Shown here: positions 50,693 to 59,882 of the stretch, in pieces
Numbering within the stretch: position 1 is the stretch's first letter
How the letters are laid out: each line of letters opens with the position of its first letter
Virus record (IMG/VR): IMGVR_UViG_3300044911_003846
Origin: an uncultured virus (IMG/VR IMGVR_UViG_3300044911_003846)
Lineage: Duplodnaviria; Heunggongvirae; Uroviricota; Caudoviricetes
DNA: 64,000 nt
Reading direction: 5' to 3' (one strand)
Made by a program: the position numbers and the translations under genes
The notes under the pieces: model-generated
What the model saw: the letters and a program-made list of their open reading frames with translations, nothing else
Told to the model about the DNA's origin: nothing
Database searches by the model: none

Positions 50693-50924
50693 GCGGTCCT
50701 ATTATGGTTGTGTGAAGCTCGGAAGTGACAACCACTACACGCCTTTCTACGATACGTTTGAAGAAGCACTCCTTGAGCTGCGTTGCCTGGAAAAGCGACT
50801 CAGCTATGAGACGGTCGAAACCATTGAAATGGAAGGGTATTATCCTCAGCGGGCAATCCTGATCGAGGAAAAATACCAAGCATCTGGGCGCACCAATGGG
50901 CTGTATAGCGGTTTAGTAGACTAA
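50613..50924 (+). CDS. Hypothetical protein
   Basis: 103-aa ORF overlapping the upstream gene. Confidence 0.45.
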   Translation: METSSSPIEKICQKNSQVLPTNYHLPERSYYGCVKLGSDNHYTPFYDTFEEALLELRCLEKRLSYETVETIEMEGYYPQRAILIEEKYQASGRTNGLYSGLVD

Positions 50925-50947
50925 TCTTTACAGTCTACTGAGTTGAC

Positions 50948-51619
50948 GTGGCGAGATTTTTAACTACAATTCCATCAAACCTAGGCTACTACAATCTTGG
51001 TACCGTTGAAAGCTACCCTGTTGGCGGTACTGGTCCTACTTCATACGGTCCCACTTCATACTTTGGAAGTGATCCGCTGCCTGCAACTCCTGGAGATAGC
51101 GTTAATAACCCTATCGATCTGGGGGATTTTTCAAGTGTATTCAAATCGATCACGATAAGCAATACTCACGGTGGTTTATCTCGCCGTCAAAGTACGTTTT
51201 ATCGGATCAAATTAACTCGCCCCAGGTCCATCCAATTTGTACAAAATTTTAGCCAGTTTGCATATACCGAAAACACAAATCGCAACACCTTATTAGCTTT
51301 TTACAGGGTTGAAGAAGGTACCAAGCGGGTTGAGTTGCCGATTAACGACAGTGGGTACGTGTTTAGTTCCACTGGAGTCGATGACGACGAATATGAGACA
51401 ACAAACGGCGATTACCCTAGCACCAAATTAGATCCAGGGGACTACATGTTCCTGATCACAAATGATATTCGTTATTTAGAAACAACCTACTCCATCACCG
51501 TCGGCGTCTCAATTACCGACTGGCGATTTGTTGCAGAAGCAGTTGAAGACGCATTGAATTTTGACCTTGTGACGGAAGGCGTAGAGGAGGTTATCGATTT
51601 CGGCTCCCTTGCAGCCTAA
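50948..51619 (+). CDS. Putative virion protein (beta-sandwich, PPC-like)
   Basis: PIDLGD...FYRIKL...LDPGDY.F.I pattern. Confidence 0.5.
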   Translation: MARFLTTIPSNLGYYNLGTVESYPVGGTGPTSYGPTSYFGSDPLPATPGDSVNNPIDLGDFSSVFKSITISNTHGGLSRRQSTFYRIKLTRPRSIQFVQNFSQFAYTENTNRNTLLAFYRVEEGTKRVELPINDSGYVFSSTGVDDDEYETTNGDYPSTKLDPGDYMFLITNDIRYLETTYSITVGVSITDWRFVAEAVEDALNFDLVTEGVEEVIDFGSLAA

Positions 51620-51658
51620 TAAGTTAGCTGCTAACCTATTGATACCGTTTAAATAACC

Positions 51659-51898
51659 ATGAAAGTCATCACCCTACAGCAATTGATGGATGATTTTGAC
51701 AACATCATGGATGACGTTGGAGACAACAAACAGTATTACCGAATTCAATCTGATCAGGGTGATTGCATCCTGATGCCTCACGATGAATTTGATGTTCTAC
51801 GTGATACCTACCAGGAATGGGTAGAGGAACCACAAATCGACCCCTTTCCTCTCCCGGTTGAATACGTCGGAGACGCCGAACCGGAGCCGCTTCAGTAA
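51659..51898 (+). CDS. Phd/YefM antitoxin-like protein
   Basis: MKVITLQQLMDDFDNIMDDV....YYRI......ILMP.DEFD matches the Phd fold pattern. Confidence 0.6.
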   Translation: MKVITLQQLMDDFDNIMDDVGDNKQYYRIQSDQGDCILMPHDEFDVLRDTYQEWVEEPQIDPFPLPVEYVGDAEPEPLQ

Positions 51899-51916
51899 TT
51901 TATTTTCTGGAGCGTA

Positions 51917-52357
51917 TCAGCTCACATTGGTAATGGTCCGCTGAGCCCAAGACGGAGTTTCATCAATCGTCGGAGTCGGTCTTTCACCGATTTTCTTAAG
52001 GGCTTCAGCGTATTCTTTTTGTGCTTCGCTCAGTTGCTGCTCAGCAGCTTTTTTCAGCGGCTCAAACTGATCTTTCCTACCGGTCGATTCTTCGACGTAT
52101 TTATCACCAAGAGGGACAGTCGCTAAATAAGAAGCAGCTTCAAGTTGACGGCGGGCAGCCTGGCGAGCACCAAGTTCAGCAGGTGTACCAACCTCTTGAT
52201 ACCGCTGCTCTGCGATCTTTCCGGTCTCTTCTTGAATACTGCGCAACTGACCGGCAAGATCTTGGTAGCTCTCCAGTGGGGTCGTCGATTGATACGTGGT
52301 CGGTGCCGTCGGTGATGGCATGATCACACTTGGAGGAGAAGGCCTGCTACCACCCAT
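51917..52357 (-). CDS. Putative virion protein, MGG-Pro-rich N-terminus
   Basis: N-terminus resembles that of 3959-4777. Confidence 0.5.
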   Translation of the reverse strand: MGGSRPSPPSVIMPSPTAPTTYQSTTPLESYQDLAGQLRSIQEETGKIAEQRYQEVGTPAELGARQAARRQLEAASYLATVPLGDKYVEESTGRKDQFEPLKKAAEQQLSEAQKEYAEALKKIGERPTPTIDETPSWAQRTITNVS

Positions 52358-52412
52358 TGTCTTACTTAAATTTTACTTCTACACTGATTCTATCCGTGAC
52401 AAACCCGTACAA

Positions 52413-53840
52413 ATGTTGAGCTCCGATCCAACCCAGGGGTCCGAGAATGAGAATCAAGAAAAGTTCGGCATACGTAAGAGTACGCTTCATGGTCAAAAAT
52501 ATCCCTATATCGAAGAGTTTAGCGAGTTCTTAGCCAGTGTGTCCACTAAAGCGCTCAAATACCAACTGATGACCTCCCAACAGCGTTTAATGGCTAAGGC
52601 CCTTTGGGAGGCTACCAATTTCGGCGGCTCTAAAGAGAAGTGCATAGAGCATCTTACCAAGATATACGGACCACGGTGGCGTCAGGTCACCACGTTCGAA
52701 GAACACATGGAAGAAGAACGCGCTTACTGCGAGTATGTGCTGATTCTGGATCACATGAGGCAGTGGGACAAGCATCAAAAATTAGCTACACTTTGCGAAA
52801 GGCAGCCTAATCAATGACGGAGAACAGGGTCGAAGACTGGCTCGACATTCTTGACAAAACTGAATTTGAGCTAGACGCAGACGCTGGGAATACCTACCAG
52901 AGCTACCGGTTCGCTTCTCTGGACATCAATGAGGTGACTGTCGACAATTATAAAGACAAGCTGGTTAATTCCCTGGCGGAACAGGTTGAGATCTTTCTAC
53001 CACCCTCCGGTAGCTTTGAAACACTGGATCTTCGGCGGTACCTTGAGCTCGTCTCCAGTTATGAAACCAGTACAACGGACCTGATGATGGGCCTGTCGCT
53101 GGCTGATCAAATCCGACTGACGTTCAGCGATATGAAAACCAGCACCATCTGCGACCGCTACCCGGACATTGGCTTGGCTGAGAAACGGAGGTATCGTTGC
53201 GTAGCCGAATATCTTATCCGCCAGGGGGAACTGACGAAGCTACGGGATGAGCACGGGAAACTGATTAAAAAAATTGGTAATATGCAGAAAGCTGTGGTTT
53301 TATACAAACCACTACCCAAGTTATTGGAGACTCTCAAGCGCTCTGGATTGGGACATCTCGTAAAAAAGAGTCAGGAAACCCAACCAAGCGAATCACAACA
53401 AGCGCAGTAAACTTAAACAACCGGAGAAAACCATGACTGAACGCCGTAACAAGATGATTAGCAGGCTCATGTTGTCTGCACCCAATGAAACTGAGCAAAC
53501 CATGATGAAGCTTGTGGTGGAACGAATTTGCATCGACATGTGTGAATTTTTTTCCAAATTTTACGCTTTACAAGGTCCTGGCGCAGTAATTTATATTCCG
53601 GATGCTGAGGATCCCAAAGATTCGATGTTTTATCTGCCCCTTGAAGCGTTAATGAACGCACTTAATGACTTCAATAGTCGAGATATGGAGGGGCCTGCAG
53701 ACGTGATGAAGAAGGCTATTGTCCGAGCAGAAACAGTTGATCCCAGTAAGGAATCCTTGTTTATCATCCAGGACAAGGACCAAATGTCACTAATTCACTA
53801 TAAACACGAAAACCCGGACAATTCGTTTCTTCGGATGTGA
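52413..53840 (+). CDS. Three hypothetical genes (about 52413-52817, 52814-53410, 53433-53840)
   Basis: Co-oriented, partly coupled ORFs; first start uncertain. Confidence 0.55.
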
Positions 53841-54463
53841 ATACACCTCAGCAGCGGTTTTTAGTACGCGAAAAGTACTTCAGCCGAATTCGTCATATCC
53901 GTGACGATTGGGTGACTCCAGTTGAATACGTACCTTATATTGATGCCCTGCTGGGTGATATCGATTTAGATCCCTGCTCGACCCATCGGGCCAATAGCGA
54001 GTTCATCAGAGCAAAGCGGATCTATACGCTGGATGATGATGGGCTCAATATCGAGGAGCCATGGAAGGGAGTCACCTACCTGTTCCCACCAACCTACGGG
54101 CGCTGCTCTTTTAATAAGGAGCGTGGGACCTGGCGGTGGAGCCTGAAGGCTGGTCACGGCGCCAAAGCCCCGTCCGTGATCTGGTTCCGACGCCTTTATA
54201 AAGAGTGGAAGCTGCGCAATATCCCCGAGGCTTTGTTCTTCACGATTTATCCGGAAATGATGAGGGTTTGCCCGGAAATTTGGGATCTACCGATGTGTAT
54301 TCCTACGGATCGGGCCAACTTGATCCATGGCGCCAGGTTTTACCGTCTGGATACACCAATTCACTGGGGGTATTTTATTTACCTACCTCCCCTTACATTT
54401 GATTTAGACCCTGTCGAAAAATTTAGAACTATTTTTTCGAATCTTGGTCGAATTATTGTGTAG
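53837..54463 (+). CDS. Phage Dam-like N6-adenine methyltransferase homolog with altered motif IV
   Basis: DWVTP, IDLDPCS, DDGL...W.G; FPPTY where NPPY is expected. Confidence 0.65.
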   Translation: MNTPQQRFLVREKYFSRIRHIRDDWVTPVEYVPYIDALLGDIDLDPCSTHRANSEFIRAKRIYTLDDDGLNIEEPWKGVTYLFPPTYGRCSFNKERGTWRWSLKAGHGAKAPSVIWFRRLYKEWKLRNIPEALFFTIYPEMMRVCPEIWDLPMCIPTDRANLIHGARFYRLDTPIHWGYFIYLPPLTFDLDPVEKFRTIFSNLGRIIV

Positions 54464-54737
54464 CTCGGAAGGCGTTACGGAAGCTATAGCTAGCACTGCC
54501 TGGTCCGTTCACAATAAATTTATCTTCATTCCCAAGATCAGAACCATAACCAGGCTTTTGCTCCTCGCGCATTCGGCTGATGTAGCTATTTAAAAATGCT
54601 TTACCGGCTGAATTATCGAGTGCTCCTTTGCCAGCCGTGTAGCGGGCATCAACATCGTAAGTTTGGCTAAACTGTGGTTTCATGTAGGTATTCTGACAGC
54701 CCTGAACATGACTCAGTTCTTCAACACGCAAGCCCAC
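54453..54737 (-). CDS. Small hypothetical protein (likely start about 54683)
   Basis: MKPQFSQTYDVD...AGKAFLNSYI. Confidence 0.45.
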   Translation of the reverse strand: MGLRVEELSHVQGCQNTYMKPQFSQTYDVDARYTAGKGALDNSAGKAFLNSYISRMREEQKPGYGSDLGNEDKFIVNGPGSASYSFRNAFRATQ

Positions 54738-55019
54738 ATCGCGGTAATCTGTGACGAGGTGAAAGAGCTTCTAATTGAGAAGAATAAGAAATATGGTGAT
54801 TCGGCTTTAAATCCATCACGAATCTTTAGTAAGGCAAATGCTGTCGAGCAGATCCTTGTTCGGATTGATGATAAACTAAGCAGAATAAAGTCCGGGGCTG
54901 GTCTTCTCGCTAATGACGAAGACGTGATAATGGATCTTATGGGCTACTTAGTGCTCCTTAAGATCGCCCTGAAACGAGAATCAACAACAGAAGTCGAATG
55001 CAATACGACGAATTTATAG
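54708..55019 (+). CDS. Nucleotide-modification-associated domain 1 (DUF1599-like) protein
   Basis: KNKKYGDS...VRIDDKLSRI...D...DLMGY. Confidence 0.75.
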   Translation: MTQFFNTQAHIAVICDEVKELLIEKNKKYGDSALNPSRIFSKANAVEQILVRIDDKLSRIKSGAGLLANDEDVIMDLMGYLVLLKIALKRESTTEVECNTTNL

Positions 55020-55064
55020 ATAACTACTCGCTGGAGCTCCAGTTGATCGACGCGCTAGATCAGA

Positions 55065-55835
55065 TCAAGTATCTATCCCCGGACGCGGCGGAGATCCTAG
55101 ACCGGTGGGTTTCTCATTCCAAAGACGGAAAAAGTGCTTCAGAGCATGTCCAGACGGATCCCAGCTCAGTATCTTTCCTTCCAGATACTCAATCGCCTTG
55201 ATCTGATTATGGACTCCCGTGTAAGTCTCGGGTAGGTTCAACAGGCAAACTTTGAGTTTGCAATTGTGTTCTGTAAAGGTAGGGATCTCCTTGTCTGGAG
55301 CTAAAAACGTATCCAGCTCTGCTCGCCTTCGGTTGATAATCGATTCACCACCAGAACGCCACATTCCATTGATGTATGGGCTCCACTCACGGATGATGTC
55401 TTTTTTGCTGGCGTGAGAGTTGATCAGCCTCAGCAGACGTGATTCCTTGAAGCCCGTCACCCCTAGGTTGTGGGCAAATGACAGGATGGCCGCCTTTCGG
55501 TTCTTGTTTAGAGGCACAAAAATATACGGTTCGATCTGTTTGGTAAATTCTTTTAGATCCTCGATTAGCTGCTCTTCAATCTGCTTTTGAGTCGCGACTT
55601 CGTGGTATCCAACCCAGTGCTTGTTTATTTTCTTGCTACCGTATCCAATGCGCCAGATGTCCTCTCCGTATTCTTTGTATGAACCAAAACGCCCCATACC
55701 TAAATTGGTACGGGGCTGCGTGTGGCGTTTAATTAGTTCAACTCCTTTCGGAGTGAGCAGCGGGTACTCACTCCAATCTTCAGTATTCTTAAGGGACGAC
55801 GACGCTGCCAGTGTAGGAAACTTCAGAATAGCCAT
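55065..55835 (-). CDS. GH24 lysozyme-like protein lacking the catalytic Glu
   Basis: G.ELIK, W.IGYG, VPLN.N...AILSF..NLG...F..S.LL...N, RRRAE. Confidence 0.7.
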   Translation of the reverse strand: MAILKFPTLAASSSLKNTEDWSEYPLLTPKGVELIKRHTQPRTNLGMGRFGSYKEYGEDIWRIGYGSKKINKHWVGYHEVATQKQIEEQLIEDLKEFTKQIEPYIFVPLNKNRKAAILSFAHNLGVTGFKESRLLRLINSHASKKDIIREWSPYINGMWRSGGESIINRRRAELDTFLAPDKEIPTFTEHNCKLKVCLLNLPETYTGVHNQIKAIEYLEGKILSWDPSGHALKHFFRLWNEKPTGLGSPPRPGIDT

Positions 55836-56175
55836 CCAAAGTTAGCAGCACCACGTAGTCTTTGGCAGCGTTGGTCACGGTCACGGCCACAGCGCCCTTA
55901 CCAGAACCGTTCTTCGCAATATTGCTGTACTTGGTGTAGCCAGTCGGAGCATTACCAGCGGTGTACGCGTCCTCTTGGAAGATCTCCATGGTGTTAACAC
56001 CGCTGGTCGTGTCCAGTTTGACGATGATGTCACCAGTGGTGCCAGGGTTCACCCGGAATCCACGGATGTTCAGACCACCAGTGGAACCGGCAGAGGTGTT
56101 GCCCAGATAGGTGACGTCGGAACCGCTGTCAACCTGGAACGTGTCGAGGGTACCTTTGATCGTGCGGGTGGCCAT
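55789..56175 (-). CDS. Putative virion protein
   Basis: Thr/Gly-rich, beta-strand composition, strongly biased codons. Confidence 0.55.
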   Translation of the reverse strand: MATRTIKGTLDTFQVDSGSDVTYLGNTSAGSTGGLNIRGFRVNPGTTGDIIVKLDTTSGVNTMEIFQEDAYTAGNAPTGYTKYSNIAKNGSGKGAVAVTVTNAAKDYVVLLTLDGYSEVSYTGSVVVP

Positions 56176-56180
56176 GGTGG

Positions 56181-56396
56181 TTAGGAAATCTGTCCGAGCG
56201 TGGAGTAGTTGAAATTGATATCGGCGTCGATGCCGTGGTCTTTCAAGATGCCCAGGAACATTTGACGGTCCAGGGCTTTCTGGTGGAGCATCTCGATGAA
56301 AGCCTCTTCCAATTCGTCCCGGTCCAGGTTTTGAATGGCTAGGGCGGCAGCGTGGATTGAAAACTCCACGTCCATCGGAAGATCTACGGCATCCAT
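56181..56396 (-). CDS. nblA: NblA-like protein (copy 2)
   Basis: LPMDVEFSI......IQNLDRDELEEAFIEMLHQKALDRQMFLGILK aligns by eye to NblA (LxxExxF...xQxMxREQ...L..Q). Confidence 0.6.
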   Translation of the reverse strand: MDAVDLPMDVEFSIHAAALAIQNLDRDELEEAFIEMLHQKALDRQMFLGILKDHGIDADINFNYSTLGQIS

Positions 56397-56737
56397 GGGT
56401 GATCTAAACCTTACAGATATCCTAACAGCGCTGAATTAATCGTCAATCACACGCGGTACGGGGGTTCATCCAGGGGTTTGGTGCGTTGATCCGTCGTAAA
56501 TGACGGCAGGTCAACACCCTCCTCAAAAACGGCCGGAACCAGCTCTGCCAAATGCTCGGTGACGTAATTTTTTAAGTGTTCGTGGGGAGTTGGATTCATG
56601 GCTCTCGATCTCTTGTCCCAAAATAACCGTCGTTAAGCTGTAGATGCTTCCAAAAACCAAGCCAAAAGTTAAGATAACAACTTCCACTTGAAAAACAATG
56701 GCTTAACTAATACATTGTACAGACGACAAACCGACCA

Positions 56738-57532
56738 ATGATCAGCAACCAACTCGTCGCGGAATTTATGAAATCAGCGGTTGGTGGCGTGAGTAGGACG
56801 CAACTGATTAGGACCATGAGGGAGCGCCATGGACTGGGGGATGGCGAAATTGATCAGGTCATCCACCTGTGCTCATTTAGAAGCCGGCCGTCCAATATTA
56901 ATTACAAAGATTTTCACGGCGCCAAGATCACCAAAACGGGGAATCGGATCTTTTATCCGTTTACTCAAATTTATACTTACGACAACATTTTAACCAAAGA
57001 TGAATGTGAGGCCTTGATAAGGCTCATTGATACTCGCTTGAGACCTTCAACTGTCTCCGATGACGCAGATTCATGCTTGGTTTCAGACTACAGAACTAGC
57101 CAAACCTCAGACCTGCACTACTTTGACGACCCTCTTTACCTGGAGCTAGACAGGAGAATTGTAGACACTTTAGGGCTCTATAGTTTTCTCGGTGAGATTA
57201 TGCAAGCACAAAAATATGAGCCTGGTCAATACTATAAAGAGCACTGGGACTTCTTCATGCCCACCACAAAGGAATACAAAATTTACTGCGAATGGATGGG
57301 GCAGCGAACTTGGACCACTATGGTCTATCTCAATGATGTTGAAGAGGGTGGTGAAACGTATTTCAAGCACCTAAATCTTCATGTAAAGCCCAAACAGGGA
57401 ATGCTGGTCGTCTGGAATAATCTCTATAAAAATGGACTACCCAATCTAAAAACTATGCATGAGGCGTGCCCGCCCCTCAGTGGAAACAAATATGTAATTA
57501 CTAAGTGGTTCCGCAGCTGGAGCTTGATTTAG
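56738..57532 (+). CDS. Prolyl 4-hydroxylase-like 2OG-Fe(II) oxygenase
   Basis: RTS, YEPGQYYKEHWD, R..T.MVYLNDVEEGGET.F, HEACP...G.KY.ITKW. Confidence 0.9.
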   Translation: MISNQLVAEFMKSAVGGVSRTQLIRTMRERHGLGDGEIDQVIHLCSFRSRPSNINYKDFHGAKITKTGNRIFYPFTQIYTYDNILTKDECEALIRLIDTRLRPSTVSDDADSCLVSDYRTSQTSDLHYFDDPLYLELDRRIVDTLGLYSFLGEIMQAQKYEPGQYYKEHWDFFMPTTKEYKIYCEWMGQRTWTTMVYLNDVEEGGETYFKHLNLHVKPKQGMLVVWNNLYKNGLPNLKTMHEACPPLSGNKYVITKWFRSWSLI

Positions 57533-57873
57533 TTGGCTGCAATACTAAATTTAACGACGGCATCAGTGCCGCCGGTTTCGTGATAAAAATTAGCGCGTAA
57601 ATGACCAACCGGAAATCCGTTAACGTAATAGAGATAAGTTCCGTTCTCAATAATTGTGTTTGAGATTAGCGGACCATAATTAATACCATCAATGCTGCCA
57701 TCAAGGCGTACCACAACAGAGGTGTTGATGTTGGTTACGGTCGCACTCAGCGTGTAGTTGCGGGTCGACAGGTAATTGGCCACCAATACGTCGATTGTAT
57801 CGGTCAAACCGGGGGCTGTAAGCTCAGGAAAGTTCTGTACCAGCGTCTGCTGGTAACCCTCAAAGAAACCCAT
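57529..57873 (-). CDS. Putative virion protein
   Basis: V.LDGSIDG.NY beta-sandwich motif. Confidence 0.5.
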   Translation of the reverse strand: MGFFEGYQQTLVQNFPELTAPGLTDTIDVLVANYLSTRNYTLSATVTNINTSVVVRLDGSIDGINYGPLISNTIIENGTYLYYVNGFPVGHLRANFYHETGGTDAVVKFSIAAN

Positions 57874-57896
57874 GGGCTAAACCAATTTTGCTTATT

Positions 57897-58361
57897 CTAG
57901 GCGTCCAGGTTGGCTTTGAGAAGCCACTGGAACTTCTTGTGGACCCGCCCACGCTCAACAGCTAAGTCAAGCGTCAGTTGATCGCCAAGGGTCTCAGCCA
58001 TGGCTGCTAAATCCTGGAAGCGGTCAGCCAGTGCGTTTTGATTGGCTGCCAACTGGCTGATGATCACCTCTTGCTTGAAGCAGTCTTCCAGAGGGACGGA
58101 GGGGAGGTTGGAATAGGTCAGGTCTTCGACGGTCTTGGGCGTCGCAATGTCCAGAGAGCGGATATGTTCCGCGATTACGTCGAGAGCTTCCTGCATCTCT
58201 TCGTAAATCATTTGAGTCAGCGTATGGATTTGGTAAAACTTGCTACCCATCAAACCCCAATGGACAAGCAGGGTTTGCTGATACAGGTGCATCGAATCAC
58301 GCAGGCACTGAACCAGGTGGGAGTAGCAGGCGCTTGTCTTGTTTGTTTGGGGTTTTGCCAT
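57897..58361 (-). CDS. dps: Dps (ferritin-like DNA protection protein)
   Basis: HW...G..F..IH......Y......D.IAE.IR.L; D..T.DL...H.K..WLL. Confidence 0.9.
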   Translation of the reverse strand: MAKPQTNKTSACYSHLVQCLRDSMHLYQQTLLVHWGLMGSKFYQIHTLTQMIYEEMQEALDVIAEHIRSLDIATPKTVEDLTYSNLPSVPLEDCFKQEVIISQLAANQNALADRFQDLAAMAETLGDQLTLDLAVERGRVHKKFQWLLKANLDA

Positions 58362-58366
58362 GGGTT

Positions 58367-58666
58367 TTACCACTTAACTTTGTCGGCCCAATATGCGGCT
58401 GAGCCTTTACCTTTTGCGATATTTTTTGCGTGCCTAGCTTTAAAACTAGCACGTTTTTTCTTCATTCTTTCCGATTCACCTTCTTTAGGTTTACCAGCCG
58501 TTTCAGCTCCTTGTTCACCGAATCTAATTATCTTTTCTCCTCCAGGTACATCATCACCACACGCTCGAACAACGTGTGATTTTGTCGGATGATCTGGTGT
58601 TCGTACGGGCTTGTTACATTTCAGCCGTTCAACAGCCAGCCGCTTGGCCTTCGCTCGGTCAGACAT
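58367..58666 (-). CDS. Small basic phage protein (SFKARH, DUF6321-like)
   Basis: KSHVV.A...KIIRFG...RASFKARH...AYWA...W. Confidence 0.65.
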   Translation of the reverse strand: MSDRAKAKRLAVERLKCNKPVRTPDHPTKSHVVRACGDDVPGGEKIIRFGEQGAETAGKPKEGESERMKKKRASFKARHAKNIAKGKGSAAYWADKVKW

Positions 58667-58668
58667 GA

Positions 58669-58848
58669 TCAAACGATAATCTCTCGATTCATCGCTTTAG
58701 TTTTAATATCAGTTGCCTCTTCTCCTTGCGCCAAGCGCTGGAAACCTGAAGGGATTCGCGCCCGCTGAAGCTCCTGAATGGCTTTTTCTACGTAGCCATC
58801 CAGAAACTCTTTGCCGTTAGGTCGCGACCCAGCCGATGTAGAAATCAT
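58669..58848 (-). CDS. Small hypothetical protein (59 aa)
   Basis: Manual ORF MISTSAGSRPNGKEFLDGYVEKAI...; fills the gap between neighbours. Confidence 0.45.
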   Translation of the reverse strand: MISTSAGSRPNGKEFLDGYVEKAIQELQRARIPSGFQRLAQGEEATDIKTKAMNREIIV

Positions 58849-59227
58849 TGGAGATGTAAGGAACCGCCTGTTCCGTCGATGGGAGCTTGATGGAACAAGG
58901 TTTTTGCTCCATCCATTTATTTAGTTTATCAAGTCTTTTCTCGCAATAGATTGGTAAATCTGGAGTAAACCAAACGTTGACTAACGTACTGGCTTTGGAT
59001 CGATTGCAGTTTGAACAGGCTGCAGCCATGTTCCAGCGAACATTTTGACCGCCCTTGTGTTTAGGGATAATGTGATCGATTGTGGCAGTATGTTCACTGA
59101 GTTGTTTATCGCAATAAGCACAGCGCCATCCCCAGGCTTCAAAGATGTGCTGCCTAAATTTGCGACGCGCAAGTTTCGGAGTTAAAACAACGAGATTGAC
59201 CAGGAGATCATCTTCGCAGTTGAACAT
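58817..59227 (-). CDS. HNH endonuclease (McrA-like)
   Basis: CAYC...TIDHIIPK.KGG....N...C..CN..K. Confidence 0.88.
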   Translation of the reverse strand: MFNCEDDLLVNLVVLTPKLARRKFRQHIFEAWGWRCAYCDKQLSEHTATIDHIIPKHKGGQNVRWNMAAACSNCNRSKASTLVNVWFTPDLPIYCEKRLDKLNKWMEQKPCSIKLPSTEQAVPYISNDFYIGWVAT

Positions 59228-59298
59228 GGATTGTCACGAACCCATGACAGAAATGTAGAGTGCAAACATCTACATTTTGAGCTATTGTGGCCGGGTAA

Positions 59299-59384
59299 GG
59301 GAACGTGGCGGAATCGGGATACGCTGCGCACTTAAAATGCGTTGGTCTTTGACCTTGTGGGTTCAAGTCCCACCGTTCCTACCA
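59299..59384 (+). tRNA. tRNA-Leu(TAA) with encoded CCA
   Basis: Acceptor GGGAACG/CGTTCCT, anticodon arm GCGCA-CTTAAAA-TGCGT, long variable arm, GTTCAAGTC T-loop, ACCA end. Confidence 0.92.
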
Positions 59385-59459
59385 CGGGGTGTAGCTCAGC
59401 TTGATTAGAGCGGTCGCTTTGGGAGCGACAGGCCGAAGGTTTGAATCCTTCCACTCCGA
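59385..59459 (+). tRNA. tRNA-Pro(TGG), no encoded CCA, atypical T-loop
   Basis: CGGGGTG/CACTCCG acceptor, GTCGC-TTTGGGA-GCGAC anticodon arm, T-loop TTTGAAT. Confidence 0.85.
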
Positions 59460-59831
59460 TTATGAGGCGTGTTCAATTGCGTGGCAGTTGGCGCATAGAA
59501 CGATACACTTCGCGGCCTCTTTCTGGATCGTATCGATTCCAGCTCCGTTTGAGACCAGGTCAGCAATGTTGGCTTCTTTATTGCCGTCATGGTGATGGAA
59601 GTGGAGGGCGCGGTGGTCGTCAAAGCCGCACTTGGAGCAGGTTAACGTTTTCTTCCACTCAACAAAGATGGCGCGAATAACCAGCCGCCTCTCATTAACG
59701 TTCTTTCCGTGACAGGTGCGACAAATATGGCGGTAATACGCCTTCCCTCCCTTCACTCCAGCATTGGCGAAATTCTTGATGTCGAAGGTCTCTAAACAGC
59801 TTTTACACTGTCGCGTATGGCTATTAGACAC
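59460..59831 (-). CDS. HNH endonuclease with zinc fingers
   Basis: CxxC...CxxC; CSKCG...L.FHH...K...I...EAAKCIVLCANCH..EH. Confidence 0.85.
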   Translation of the reverse strand: MSNSHTRQCKSCLETFDIKNFANAGVKGGKAYYRHICRTCHGKNVNERRLVIRAIFVEWKKTLTCSKCGFDDHRALHFHHHDGNKEANIADLVSNGAGIDTIQKEAAKCIVLCANCHAIEHAS

Positions 59832-59882
59832 CGATGCCGTTAATTTTGTTGCAATGTATCAGCTACACACCGATCTGCAACA

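Noticed and set aside
59861..59872. Inverted 11/12 match to the tRNA-Pro 5' end as an att site or terminal repeat
   Set aside because: Too short, inverted, matches the 5' rather than the 3' end, and no integrase is seen; it may be chance.
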